From NCBI GenBank assembly GCA_009778575.1, contig WRJJ01000002.1, positions 1,821 to 65,820 on the forward strand: a stretch of DNA of 64,000 bases, in the 5' to 3' direction. The notes beneath the pieces were generated by a model. The model had not been told where the DNA came from, ran no database searches, and worked only from the letters and a program-made list of their open reading frames with translations. Shown here piece by piece: positions 8,564 through 17,515 of the stretch (position 1 is its first letter; each line of letters starts with the position of its first letter). This DNA comes from Methanomassiliicoccaceae archaeon. Its GTDB lineage: Archaea > Thermoplasmatota > Thermoplasmata > Methanomassiliicoccales > Methanomethylophilaceae. Both the position numbers and the translations under genes were made by a program.

Positions 8564-10495
8564 TCAGATCACTTTTTTCGGGAGCAGGAACATGGCCGCG
8601 GCCGCGGCGAATATGAGGGCCACCACCACCGCCCCCGCGATCCATAACGAGGAACCGCCTCCGGAACCTTCTCCCTCCGCGGGTGCGCTTACGGCACCGT
8701 ACCCGACGGTAAATGTCTGGCTGTTGGATGCGCTGTCAGTCACGGTCACGGTTATCGTCCCCGCCGCGCTTTCCGCACTGGGAGTTCCCGATATCACACC
8801 TGCCGCACTGATGGTCACTCCTTCGGGAAGGCCGGTCGCGGTGAATGTGTATGGTGCCGTTCCTCCGGACACTCCCTGAGAAAGGTCTATGTTCGCGATC
8901 GCGGTTCCTGCTGCAGAGGCCGGAATGTCGTAAGCGAGATTGTTCATGAAGGTCAGAGGAACCGTTATGGTGCCGTATGCGATGATTATGCTTTGGCTGT
9001 TAGATTCGCTGTCTGTAACAGTGATCGTGGCTGACCCTGCCGCCCTGGCAGCTGTAGGCGTTCCTGAGATCGTTCCCGCCGGGCTGATCGATATCCCAGC
9101 CGGAAGTCCGCTCGCCGTGAATGTGTACGGTGCGGTTCCTCCGGCCGCGCCGCCCGATACGTCAATGTTCGAGATTGCCGTCCCTACAATGGATGACGGG
9201 ATATCGTAACCGGGGCTCTTCGTAAATGTCAGAGGAACGGGTGCTTCAGATATCGCGCCGTACGAAATGGTGATGCTATTGGTGCTCGACTCGCTGTCCG
9301 TAACGATGATGGTGGCCGTCCCTGCCGGTCCGGCCGCCGTCGGCGTTCCTGAGATCGTTCCCGCCGGGCTGATCGATATCCCAGCCGGAAGTCCGCTCGC
9401 GGTGAATGTGTACGGCACAATTCCTCCGGACACGCCGCCCGATACGTCAATGTCCGCAATTGCCGTTCCTACTGTGGAAGCCGGGATGTTATATGCTGGG
9501 TCTCCGGTAAAGGTCAGTATCCCCGCCAGCGAACCCCATATGTAGATGCTGGTAAATGTATTGGGAGCGGTTAAAAAGAAATCAGACTCATTCCAGTTCC
9601 AAGAAGATTTTGCAGGGAGACTCGGCCCGTCGGCACCGGACCACTTCAGGGTCAAAACACTGGCCTTCGTCAAAGCAAAACCCTTTATGGCGCAAAGCGC
9701 CATGGCGTTTCCTGTATTTTTGGAGGCATCCAGCGTAACGGTCCCGGTTGTGTTGATGGAAATGGAGCCCTTCGCATAAAGGCAGTATGTTGTGCCATTA
9801 TCGGAGTGGACCGTTTCAGTCACAACGTTCAGTGAAGCCGAATCTTTGATGATGATATTTCCGCCGCCTGCCGCGGACCCTACCGAAGACAGCCCATATG
9901 TAAGATGACCCATGCCGGATTTTGTTTTCACGGTCACATTCGCACTGTTGCCGATGACTATGTCGCCTACCCCTTCACCGGAACTGCTGTTGGTGATCCC
10001 TTCGGCCCCAACCCCTTCTACGCTGATATCCAGCACACCGCCGCTGGACGATGTGATGGTAACGGTTCCGCTTCCGTTATGATATTTTATGCCCGACTGA
10101 TGGTCTGTAGTTGAAATGGCTGTGATGATATTGGTCCCCGCCAAGCTTATGATGATGTCGCCGTTTCCGTTCACTTGTATGGGGCCCCCTGTATAACCTT
10201 GCAGGAACAGAGTGCCTGTGGACGGGTTGAATTCGGCCGTGCAGTTACCCTCGCCCAAATTGCCTGTTCCGGAGCGTATGTTGTTGACAAGGTATCGGTT
10301 GTCTACGTTGAGGGTTTGACCATTTATCTCTACCGAGCTTATGGGGGAATTTCCGTTACCGGGGCCATCGCCGATGCCCTCGGCACCGCTGACAGTATCT
10401 GCCCCTATTGCTGTTATCCCCGCGGCTCCGCAGACCAGCAGCGAGAATATCAACGCTATTGCCGTTGCCGAACCGATAATGTTCTTCTTCATCAT
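8564..10495 (-). CDS. adhesin-like surface protein with three Ig-like (YTFTASGLPAGISISPAGTISGTP-type) repeats and a C-terminal TM anchor
   Basis: 643 aa. It has an N-terminal signal/TM segment (IALIFSLLVCGAAG), a Gly/Ser/Thr/Asn-rich beta region, three ~95-aa repeats, and a C-terminal hydrophobic helix followed by KKVI. Confidence 0.8.
   Translation of the reverse strand: MMKKNIIGSATAIALIFSLLVCGAAGITAIGADTVSGAEGIGDGPGNGNSPISSVEINGQTLNVDNRYLVNNIRSGTGNLGEGNCTAEFNPSTGTLFLQGYTGGPIQVNGNGDIIISLAGTNIITAISTTDHQSGIKYHNGSGTVTITSSSGGVLDISVEGVGAEGITNSSSGEGVGDIVIGNSANVTVKTKSGMGHLTYGLSSVGSAAGGGNIIIKDSASLNVVTETVHSDNGTTYCLYAKGSISINTTGTVTLDASKNTGNAMALCAIKGFALTKASVLTLKWSGADGPSLPAKSSWNWNESDFFLTAPNTFTSIYIWGSLAGILTFTGDPAYNIPASTVGTAIADIDVSGGVSGGIVPYTFTASGLPAGISISPAGTISGTPTAAGPAGTATIIVTDSESSTNSITISYGAISEAPVPLTFTKSPGYDIPSSIVGTAISNIDVSGGAAGGTAPYTFTASGLPAGISISPAGTISGTPTAARAAGSATITVTDSESNSQSIIIAYGTITVPLTFMNNLAYDIPASAAGTAIANIDLSQGVSGGTAPYTFTATGLPEGVTISAAGVISGTPSAESAAGTITVTVTDSASNSQTFTVGYGAVSAPAEGEGSGGGSSLWIAGAVVVALIFAAAAAMFLLPKKVI
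9057..9415. repeat. intragenic direct repeat (near-identical ~74-nt core at a 285-bp offset)
   Basis: A 59-nt block, GGCGTTCCTGAGATCGTTCCCGCCGGGCTGATCGATATCCCAGCCGGAAGTCCGCTCGC, begins at 9057 and again at 9342. After one mismatch, both copies continue with GTGAATGTGTACGG. A third, more diverged copy lies near 8770-8860. Confidence 0.9.
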
Positions 10496-10607
10496 CTGAA
10501 CAAACTCCCCCTATTGATATGCGGGTTCATCCCAAGACCCCTTTTTAACGTGTATCTTACTACATCGTTTTTATTAATTTTGCTTTAACCAATGCTTCGA
10601 ATATTCT

Positions 10608-11636
10608 TCACCTGTCATCTTTCACCACTGATAAGATATATTCGCGGAGCTGCATCTCATCCTCGCTGAAGTCGTCCTCCGACCCGTCATTGGAGCTTTC
10701 GTCGTACACTTCCCACATGAACACTATGTGGTCATGGAACTCCAGTATCGCATCGTCAAGGCGCTCTTTGGAAAGCGAGATCCCAAGGGGAGTGTTGCTC
10801 AGTATCCAAAGTTTCCTTTCTTTATCGTAATCGATGTCGGCCACGATGGGGCTCCTCAGAGCAAGGTCCTTGTCGACGGATATGATGCGGTCGAATGACA
10901 GGCAGGGCAGGCCTTCCGCTGCGCGGACCTCTGCCACCTTCTCTATCTCCCCCCCATCGGACAAGAACAGCCGGCCGTTGATCACACAGGGCTTATCGGC
11001 GGGAAGGTCCCCTTCATATTCAAGAGGAACGCTGCCTTCATCCATCTCAAGGAACATCTCTCCCTCCGATCCTCTAAGGATCCCTATGGCATCGCCCAGG
11101 AAGATGCATTCATCTCCCCGCCCCGGGTCCGCACCCGCCGCAGAGAACGACCCCTCCTTTCCGTCCGCGGAATAATTCAGAACGAAGTCTCCCAGTCCGT
11201 CAAGCAGCGACCGAAGATCGTTTTGAATGGACGTTCTGCAGCGCGGATCGTTGTATATTGCCAGTGCTTCGTCGAAAGAGCCGCCGCTTACTCTCTCCAA
11301 CAATGAGAACAGGTCGGCCAGAGCCTCATTGAGCAGGCTTTCGGGGCCTTCGAACTTCATATCCGCAGAGGATGAGATCGTTGACTGGGAATCGTTTATG
11401 TATAACGTGAATCGGAAAAGCATCTCCTTCGGAACATCTCCTTGAAGGGAGAGCATTCTTTTCACGGAACATCTGCCGATGTCGGTAAGAAGCCTTTGGA
11501 TGTTCATCATGACACCGCCTGCAACATCGATCGGGACGCGCCCGTCGCCGCCTGCAGACACGCTGATATAGAAGGCTCCCATCTTTTCCCCGTTTCGTAT
11601 CGCGTTGAGCGTATTTAATCCTCTGGACACAGGCAT
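10608..11636 (-). CDS. hypothetical acidic protein
   Basis: 342 aa with no recognisable motif and an acidic C-terminal tail (SSNDGSEDDFSEDE). The start may be the internal Met 18 codons downstream. Confidence 0.5.
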   Translation of the reverse strand: MPVSRGLNTLNAIRNGEKMGAFYISVSAGGDGRVPIDVAGGVMMNIQRLLTDIGRCSVKRMLSLQGDVPKEMLFRFTLYINDSQSTISSSADMKFEGPESLLNEALADLFSLLERVSGGSFDEALAIYNDPRCRTSIQNDLRSLLDGLGDFVLNYSADGKEGSFSAAGADPGRGDECIFLGDAIGILRGSEGEMFLEMDEGSVPLEYEGDLPADKPCVINGRLFLSDGGEIEKVAEVRAAEGLPCLSFDRIISVDKDLALRSPIVADIDYDKERKLWILSNTPLGISLSKERLDDAILEFHDHIVFMWEVYDESSNDGSEDDFSEDEMQLREYILSVVKDDR

Positions 11637-11792
11637 TTGCCCCGCGAACAGTGTGGCGGAGGGCCTTCCGATGGAAAGTGTTATATCCCTTCTCTTATTG
11701 GGCGACTATAATAAGAATGGTCGAAGATAGCAACAGTCTTTAAATAGAAATTCGAGATTGTCGCTCTATCACATTCCACACAGGTGGCGCAA

Positions 11793-12311
11793 ATGGTAAG
11801 AAAGCCCGCATCGATGTACAGAAGGATCACAGGACAGGCGTATACACGCCGCGAATACATGGGAGGAGTTCCCGCAAGCAGGCTGAGCCAATTTGACATG
11901 GGGAGCCCCGGCGAGGAGTTCCCGATCGTCCTCACGCTCAAGGTAAAGAACCGCGTGCAGGTCAGACACACCGCATTGGAGGCAGGCCGTATCGCGGCCA
12001 ACAAGATGCTTTCCAGCCAGGCCGGAGTGGCGAACTACCACCTTAAGGTAAGGGCTTTCCCCCACTGCGTTCTCAGAGAGAACAAACTCGCGACCGGCGC
12101 AGGTGCGGACCGTGTGTCCAGCGGAATGCGCAACGGTTTCGGCAAGACAGTGGGCACAGCCGCAAGACTTGAGCATGATCAGGCCATTCTTACCGTAGGC
12201 GTGACCGCAGAGAAGGCAAATGTGGCCAAGACCGCGCTCTGGAAAGCTTCCATGAAGTTCCCGTCCCCCTGCTATATCGATGTGGAGAAGGGACAGGAAT
12301 ACCTGAAGTAA
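11793..12311 (+). CDS. rpl10e: 50S ribosomal protein L10e (uL16)
   Basis: The sequence MVRKPASMYRRITGQAYTRREYMGGVP is the canonical L10e N-terminus. The ORF-track start at 11784 is a GTG. The ATG at 11793, preceded by GGTGG, is preferred. Confidence 0.92.
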   Translation: MVRKPASMYRRITGQAYTRREYMGGVPASRLSQFDMGSPGEEFPIVLTLKVKNRVQVRHTALEAGRIAANKMLSSQAGVANYHLKVRAFPHCVLRENKLATGAGADRVSSGMRNGFGKTVGTAARLEHDQAILTVGVTAEKANVAKTALWKASMKFPSPCYIDVEKGQEYLK

Positions 12312-13295
12312 ATGTTCGATCTGGACCTTGGATCGATAGCCTCTTGGATCAAAGAAAGAGGCTACGGTACCGTGGCCGTCCAGCTTCCTGAGGGCCTTAA
12401 GGCGGACGCTCTCAGGATATCAGATCTTTTGGCAGAGTCGACAAGTGCGAAGATCATAATTTTAGGCGACCCATGCTACGGAGCGTGCGACCTTTTCGCC
12501 GATCACAGAAGATACGCCGATGCCCTGGTGCATTTCGGCCACTCCCCCATACATCCTCAGGAGAATGACGAGGACGTTATGTTCATAGAAGCGAGGGCGG
12601 ACCCGGATATCGATGATCCCGTGAAAAAGGCGGCGGAGAGGCTTCCGAAGAAGGTCGGGCTGCTGGCGACCGTTCAATACGTGGGACTGATACCAAAGGC
12701 GAAAGCGATCCTGGAGGGAGCGGGAAAAGAGGTCTTTGTCGGAAAAGGGGACCGAAGGATATTCCATCCGGGGCAGGTGCTCGGATGCAACTTCAGCGCT
12801 GCAGAGTCCGTTAACGATGATGTCGAAGCGTTCCTGTATCTCGGAGAGGGGGACTTCCATCCCCTCGCGGCGGCCTTCGGCGCAAAGAAGGAGATGCTGG
12901 TACTCAACCCCCTTACGGGGGAACTAAGGTCGGTGGATGACGCAAAAGAAAGAATGCTCAGGAAAAGGTTCGCCGTCATCGAGTCGGCAAAAGCGGCGGA
13001 AAGTTTCCTGGTGATCGTTTGCATGAAGGCGGGGCAGGACAGATCTTCCTCCGCCGATGTCCTGATAGAAAAAATAAAAGAGCGGGGAAAGAAGGCATAC
13101 AAAGTGGTGATCAACGAGATCGGCCCGGATGCCCTTCTGCCGTACAGGGTGGATGCATACATAAGCACAGCCTGTCCGAGGATAGCCATGGATGATTCCG
13201 CAAGATATCCCAAACCGATGCTGACGGTAACGGAAGCGGAGATAGCGCTGGGGCTGAGGGAATGGGAAGGGTACGAGTTCGATGCCATCCGCTAA
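12312..13295 (+). CDS. dph2: diphthamide synthesis protein Dph2 (2-(3-amino-3-carboxypropyl)histidine synthase)
   Basis: 327 aa with WIKERGYGTVAVQLPEGLK and GDPCYGACD, as in archaeal Dph2. It directly abuts the rpl10e stop. Confidence 0.85.
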   Translation: MFDLDLGSIASWIKERGYGTVAVQLPEGLKADALRISDLLAESTSAKIIILGDPCYGACDLFADHRRYADALVHFGHSPIHPQENDEDVMFIEARADPDIDDPVKKAAERLPKKVGLLATVQYVGLIPKAKAILEGAGKEVFVGKGDRRIFHPGQVLGCNFSAAESVNDDVEAFLYLGEGDFHPLAAAFGAKKEMLVLNPLTGELRSVDDAKERMLRKRFAVIESAKAAESFLVIVCMKAGQDRSSSADVLIEKIKERGKKAYKVVINEIGPDALLPYRVDAYISTACPRIAMDDSARYPKPMLTVTEAEIALGLREWEGYEFDAIR

Positions 13296-13375
13296 GGCTG
13301 CGAACCTTACTTACGGCTTAACCCGCAAACCCGTTCTTATCTAAGTTCAGACGAGTTCTGTTTTTTAACGCGGCT

Positions 13376-14422
13376 TCAGTACGGACACTCCTTTGACGCT
13401 TCCACCATTGCCTTCGTGTTCGCTATCGGCGAATCTCTGGGTGTGGCGCATCCGGAGCCGAAGATATATCTTCCGCCGCGTCCGGCGCTGTTGAAACACG
13501 CCTTCGATGCGTCCTTGACCTCCTGCACGGTCCCCTGCCACACCAGCTCCACGGGGTTGATGTTCCCCAGCAGCGTGATCTTATCGCCCACTATCTCTCT
13601 TGCCTTGCCGATATCCACCAGATAGTCTATGCTTTGTATCTCGTTCCCCAGCAAAGTGAACTGATCCATCATGGGTGTGGTGTCTCCGCAGATGTGCACC
13701 ATTACCGGTATCTTCAGATCCTTTTTCCATCCTGCTATGTTCTGTTTTGTGGGTTCCAGAACAAAATCCTTGAACATGTCCACATCGATAAGCGAGGACG
13801 ATGCGACCGGGTCCGTGTCTATGACGTAATCCGCGGTGCCCGCATATGTGGCTCTGACCACCTGGTCTGACCATTCCTTTCCTCTGGCAATTGCCTTTTT
13901 AGCGGCATCCGGGTCCATCAGCATATCCATGAGGAGCATCTCCGTTCCCCTGAGGAGTGCGGTCGCGGTCAGCACGCCCTCCGCCCAGCACGGGCCCAGC
14001 GCCCCGGTCTTCACGGCCTCTCTCGTCCTGACCATCGGGTCCACTACGCAACCGTACAGTTTGGGGCATTCCTTTCTGCTGAGCGCGTCCGGGAACTCTT
14101 TTGTTTCCACATCCTCGATCGTTTTGAAATATTCGTCGGTAAAGCTCCCTTGGTCATTCGGCGGCAGATTCACCTTGATCCCGGGCAGGTCCATGAACAT
14201 GCCCTTCGATTCCATTATTCCGAAGTACATGTCCACTTCCGTTTTCCTGACCCATTCTTCCATCACTTTGGCGGCCAATTCCGGGTTGAATCTGCATGCC
14301 TGCAGTTCCACTCCCGCTTCCGTGAGCGGCGCACCGTTGCCGAAATCGCACACGGGGGCCCTGTCCGGCAATTCGCCGGCGATAGTGGCCTCCACTCTTT
14401 CTCTATGTCCCATATCTTTCAT
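13376..14422 (-). CDS. uroporphyrinogen-decarboxylase-family methylcobamide:CoM methyltransferase (MtaA/MtbA-like MT2)
   Basis: 349 aa counted from the ATG at 14422 (MKDMGHRERV), which is preceded by GGAGGGGG. The zinc-ligand pattern HICGD ... GSGC is present. The longer 418-aa ORF-track version adds an implausible N-terminus. Confidence 0.8.
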   Translation of the reverse strand: MKDMGHRERVEATIAGELPDRAPVCDFGNGAPLTEAGVELQACRFNPELAAKVMEEWVRKTEVDMYFGIMESKGMFMDLPGIKVNLPPNDQGSFTDEYFKTIEDVETKEFPDALSRKECPKLYGCVVDPMVRTREAVKTGALGPCWAEGVLTATALLRGTEMLLMDMLMDPDAAKKAIARGKEWSDQVVRATYAGTADYVIDTDPVASSSLIDVDMFKDFVLEPTKQNIAGWKKDLKIPVMVHICGDTTPMMDQFTLLGNEIQSIDYLVDIGKAREIVGDKITLLGNINPVELVWQGTVQEVKDASKACFNSAGRGGRYIFGSGCATPRDSPIANTKAMVEASKECPY

Positions 14423-14666
14423 TCCTATCCCCCTCCGTCGGCCATATAAGATGATCCACAAAAAGCCGTGGAATATGCGTTTGATAGTAGTTTGTTCACC
14501 GCAAAGGTTGGCCACGTTTCTCTTGAGGAGAACAGTGCCCATTTCCCTGCTTGTATGAAAAGCATGAACCTGAGCGCATTTAAACGTGTTGCACCTTCCG
14601 CATTGACCAAAATGAAACAAAATTTCAATCACAAATCCTTAATACGCCTGATATTATGAACGCACA

Positions 14667-15416
14667 ATGTTCACAACAAAGGACCTTCTGCATGCCGACC
14701 TTCCCGACGTGCGCATCGGGATCGGCCGCGGCACCGATTCGGGGCGCGTGGAGAGCAGCGTCTCCGCGCTGAACAAAGAAAAGATCAGGATATACACCGA
14801 CCCGAAGGAGCTTGTGGACGACCTGTTCTCCGGAAAGATAGATGCGGCGGTCAGAGGGGACATGCCGTCCTCCGAACTGCTCAGGCTCCTCAAGGAAAGA
14901 GCGGGGGTCGAAGATCTGGAGAGGCTGGTCATAATGGAGCCGGAGAGAGGCCGCGCCTTTTTCATGGCCCCGGTCGGCATAGACGAAGGGAACACGGTCG
15001 AAGAGAAGCGCAGGATCGCCGTCAGGGCGGTGAAGCTGATGAAAGAGATGGGTGCCGGAACGAGGATCGCGGTAATGTCTGGGGGCAGGATCGACGACAA
15101 GGGAAGGAACGAGACCATCGACAGATCCCTCAGGGATGCGGAAGAGTTGGTATCCATCCTTCAAAAAGAAGGTTATGATGCGTACAACGCGGAGATACTG
15201 ATCGAATCCGCCGTGGAAGAGGCGGACCTGATAATCGCACCCGACGGCATAACGGGCAACCTGATCTTCAGGGTCATGCACTTCATAGGGGATGCGGTAG
15301 CCATGGGCGCCCCGGTATTGAATATAGATAAGATATTCGTGGACACTTCCAGGGTCAAGACCGACTATATGGACTCAATAATACTGGCAATGATGCTGGC
15401 GGAGGGAAGGAAATGA
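14667..15416 (+). CDS. MtxX / methanogenesis marker protein 4-like protein (phosphate acyltransferase-like fold)
   Basis: 249 aa with IGIGRG ... GKIDAAVRG ... ITGNLIFR, which I recall from MtxX/marker-4 and PTA/PlsX-type proteins. Its stop overlaps the queD start (ATGA). Confidence 0.5.
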   Translation: MFTTKDLLHADLPDVRIGIGRGTDSGRVESSVSALNKEKIRIYTDPKELVDDLFSGKIDAAVRGDMPSSELLRLLKERAGVEDLERLVIMEPERGRAFFMAPVGIDEGNTVEEKRRIAVRAVKLMKEMGAGTRIAVMSGGRIDDKGRNETIDRSLRDAEELVSILQKEGYDAYNAEILIESAVEEADLIIAPDGITGNLIFRVMHFIGDAVAMGAPVLNIDKIFVDTSRVKTDYMDSIILAMMLAEGRK

Positions 15417-15886
15417 TGATAGAGATAGACGGCGGGCACACGGGGATAACCTTCTCGTCCTGCCACTTCATACCGATGCATGAGAAATGTTCGAGGCTCC
15501 ACGGCCACAGCTACACCGTGAGGGTGAGGCTGGAAGGGGAACTGGATGAGAACGGCATGGTTATGGACTTCGTTATCCTCAAGAAGAAACTGAGGTCCAT
15601 GATATCAGAGATGGACCACAAGGTCCTGCTGCCGGCGGCCTCGAAGATAGTCGGGATCAAAGAAGAGAACGGTTCAGTGGAGGTAACTTCCTGCAGCAAG
15701 AGGTACGTATTCCCTTCAGAGGACGTGATGCTGCTGGATATACCGACGACAACCGCCGAGGAGATGGCAAAGATGATGACCGAGGCCATGATCAAGGACA
15801 TCGCTTTTCCGAAGACGGTCAGGAGCGTCGCCGTCGGGCTGGACGAAGAGCGCGGGCAGACGGCGTGGTACACCAAGGTGTTGTGA
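15413..15886 (+). CDS. queD: 6-carboxy-5,6,7,8-tetrahydropterin synthase
   Basis: 157 aa with CHFIPMHEKCSRLHGHSY, the PTPS/QueD catalytic Cys and His triad context. Confidence 0.85.
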   Translation: MMIEIDGGHTGITFSSCHFIPMHEKCSRLHGHSYTVRVRLEGELDENGMVMDFVILKKKLRSMISEMDHKVLLPAASKIVGIKEENGSVEVTSCSKRYVFPSEDVMLLDIPTTTAEEMAKMMTEAMIKDIAFPKTVRSVAVGLDEERGQTAWYTKVL

Positions 15887-16554
15887 TGCCGAAGGCGGTC
15901 GTGCTGTTGTCCGGGGGACTGGATTCCACGGTGACTCTGGCGGCCGCCATCAAAGACGGGATGGAAGCGACCGCGGTCAGTTTCCGGTACGGGCAGAGGC
16001 ACACGAGGGAACTGGACTCTGCGGCCGCCGTGTGCAGGCATTACGGTATCGACGGCAGAGTTATCGATATCGATCTGTCGTCATTCAGGTCGGCGCTGAC
16101 CGACAACGGCATCGAGGTCCCTTATGACAGAAAGGGAGAACTTCACGCGGAGATACCCATCACGTATGTTCCTGCAAGGAACATGATATTCCTGAGCATA
16201 GCAGCGGGCGTGTGCGAAAGCATCGGCGCCGAAGCAATGTATATAGGAGCGACAGCCGTTGACTATTCGGGATATCCGGACTGCCGCCCGGAGTTCTTCG
16301 AATCCTTCAGCGAAACCTTGGCCAAAGGCACCAAGGCCGGTACCGAGGGAAAGGCGATAGAGATAAGAACCCCAATCATAGATCTTTCCAAATCGGAGAT
16401 TGTGAAAAAGGGGAAGGAGCTGGGCGCCCCGCTGCACCTGACATGGTCGTGCTACGAGGGAGGGGAGAAGGCATGCGGGCACTGCGACTCCTGCAGGATC
16501 AGGCTCAAAGGTTTCGAAGAAGCGGGATACAGGGACGAGATACCATACAGGTGA
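15886..16554 (+). CDS. queC: 7-cyano-7-deazaguanine (preQ0) synthase
   Basis: It has the AVVLLSGGLDSTV PP-loop and a C-terminal CxxCxxC zinc motif (CGHCDSCRIR). The ATG at 15886 overlaps the queD TGA. Confidence 0.9.
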   Translation: MPKAVVLLSGGLDSTVTLAAAIKDGMEATAVSFRYGQRHTRELDSAAAVCRHYGIDGRVIDIDLSSFRSALTDNGIEVPYDRKGELHAEIPITYVPARNMIFLSIAAGVCESIGAEAMYIGATAVDYSGYPDCRPEFFESFSETLAKGTKAGTEGKAIEIRTPIIDLSKSEIVKKGKELGAPLHLTWSCYEGGEKACGHCDSCRIRLKGFEEAGYRDEIPYR

Positions 16555-16558
16555 TGCA

Positions 16559-17182
16559 ATGAGGATATGCGAATATTTCGGATCGATCCAGGGGGAAGGG
16601 CTGATGATCGGCATCCCTACATATTTCATACGAACGGCGGGCTGCAACCTGAGGTGCGATTGGTGCGATACCGCGTACGCTCAGGACGGCGGCATAGAGA
16701 TGACCGTTGATGAGATAATGGAGATCGTGGATGATACCGAGAATATATGCATCACGGGCGGCGAACCCATGCTCCAGAAGGATATACCGGAGCTGCTGGA
16801 AAGGCTCCTCTCCGCCGGCAAGAGGATAGTAGTGGAGACGAACGGGTCTGTGGACATCTCTCCGATACCAAAGGATGAGAGGATAATAGTCAGTCTCGAC
16901 GTCAAATGCCCATCATCGGGAATGTCCGAAAAGAACCTTCTTTCGAACCTGATGCACATAGGGAAGAAGGATCAACTGAAGTTCGTCATCGGAGATCAGG
17001 TGGACCTGAGCTATGCGATACGATTCATAAGAGAGAACAAGGTCGACACGAACGTGATATTCTCTCCCGTTGGCGGAATGGACATGCTTCCGATAGCCGA
17101 GGAAGTGGTCCACAGAAAACTGAACGTCAGGGTGCTGCCGCAGCTTCACAAGATAATTTGGGGAGACAAGAGGTCAGTTTGA
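16559..17182 (+). CDS. queE: 7-carboxy-7-deazaguanine synthase (radical SAM)
   Basis: 207 aa with QGEG and the CNLRCDWCDT radical-SAM cluster motif. Confidence 0.88.
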   Translation: MRICEYFGSIQGEGLMIGIPTYFIRTAGCNLRCDWCDTAYAQDGGIEMTVDEIMEIVDDTENICITGGEPMLQKDIPELLERLLSAGKRIVVETNGSVDISPIPKDERIIVSLDVKCPSSGMSEKNLLSNLMHIGKKDQLKFVIGDQVDLSYAIRFIRENKVDTNVIFSPVGGMDMLPIAEEVVHRKLNVRVLPQLHKIIWGDKRSV

Positions 17183-17515
17183 TCCGACCCTTTTCCTGAA
17201 CTCGGACCTTCTTTTGAGATCGTTGACGCACTCTTCGACCGTGCCTTCCTCGTCGTAGGCCACATGTATGCCGGCTTTGCTCAGGATGTCCAAGCCGTGA
17301 GAGCCGATGCCGCCCGTGATCACCGCTTCCACGCCCAGCCCGGTTATCGCATCGGCGACCTTCATTCCCGCGCCCATGGAATCGGCATACTCGTTAGCCA
17401 CCACATGATAATCCAGCGTGTCGGAGTCCACGATCAGGAAGAACGGGGCATGGCCGAAATCCTCCGCCACGTAGGAGTCAAGGGAATCCCCCTCTGAAAT
17501 GACGGCGATCCTCAT
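17174..17515 (-). CDS. NifX/NifB-C-terminal-like (dinitrogenase iron-molybdenum cofactor biosynthesis domain) protein
   Basis: 113 aa with MRIAV...FGHAPFFLIVD...GAGMKVADAITGLGVEAVITGGIGSHGLDILSKAGIHV, typical of this domain family. Confidence 0.75.
   Translation of the reverse strand: MRIAVISEGDSLDSYVAEDFGHAPFFLIVDSDTLDYHVVANEYADSMGAGMKVADAITGLGVEAVITGGIGSHGLDILSKAGIHVAYDEEGTVEECVNDLKRRSEFRKRVGSN

Noticed and set aside
14423-14632. 70-codon N-terminal extension of the MT2 gene in the ORF track (418 aa)
   Set aside because: The extension has no similarity to MT2 N-termini. An ATG at 14422 with an upstream GGAGGGGG motif gives the canonical ~349-aa protein.
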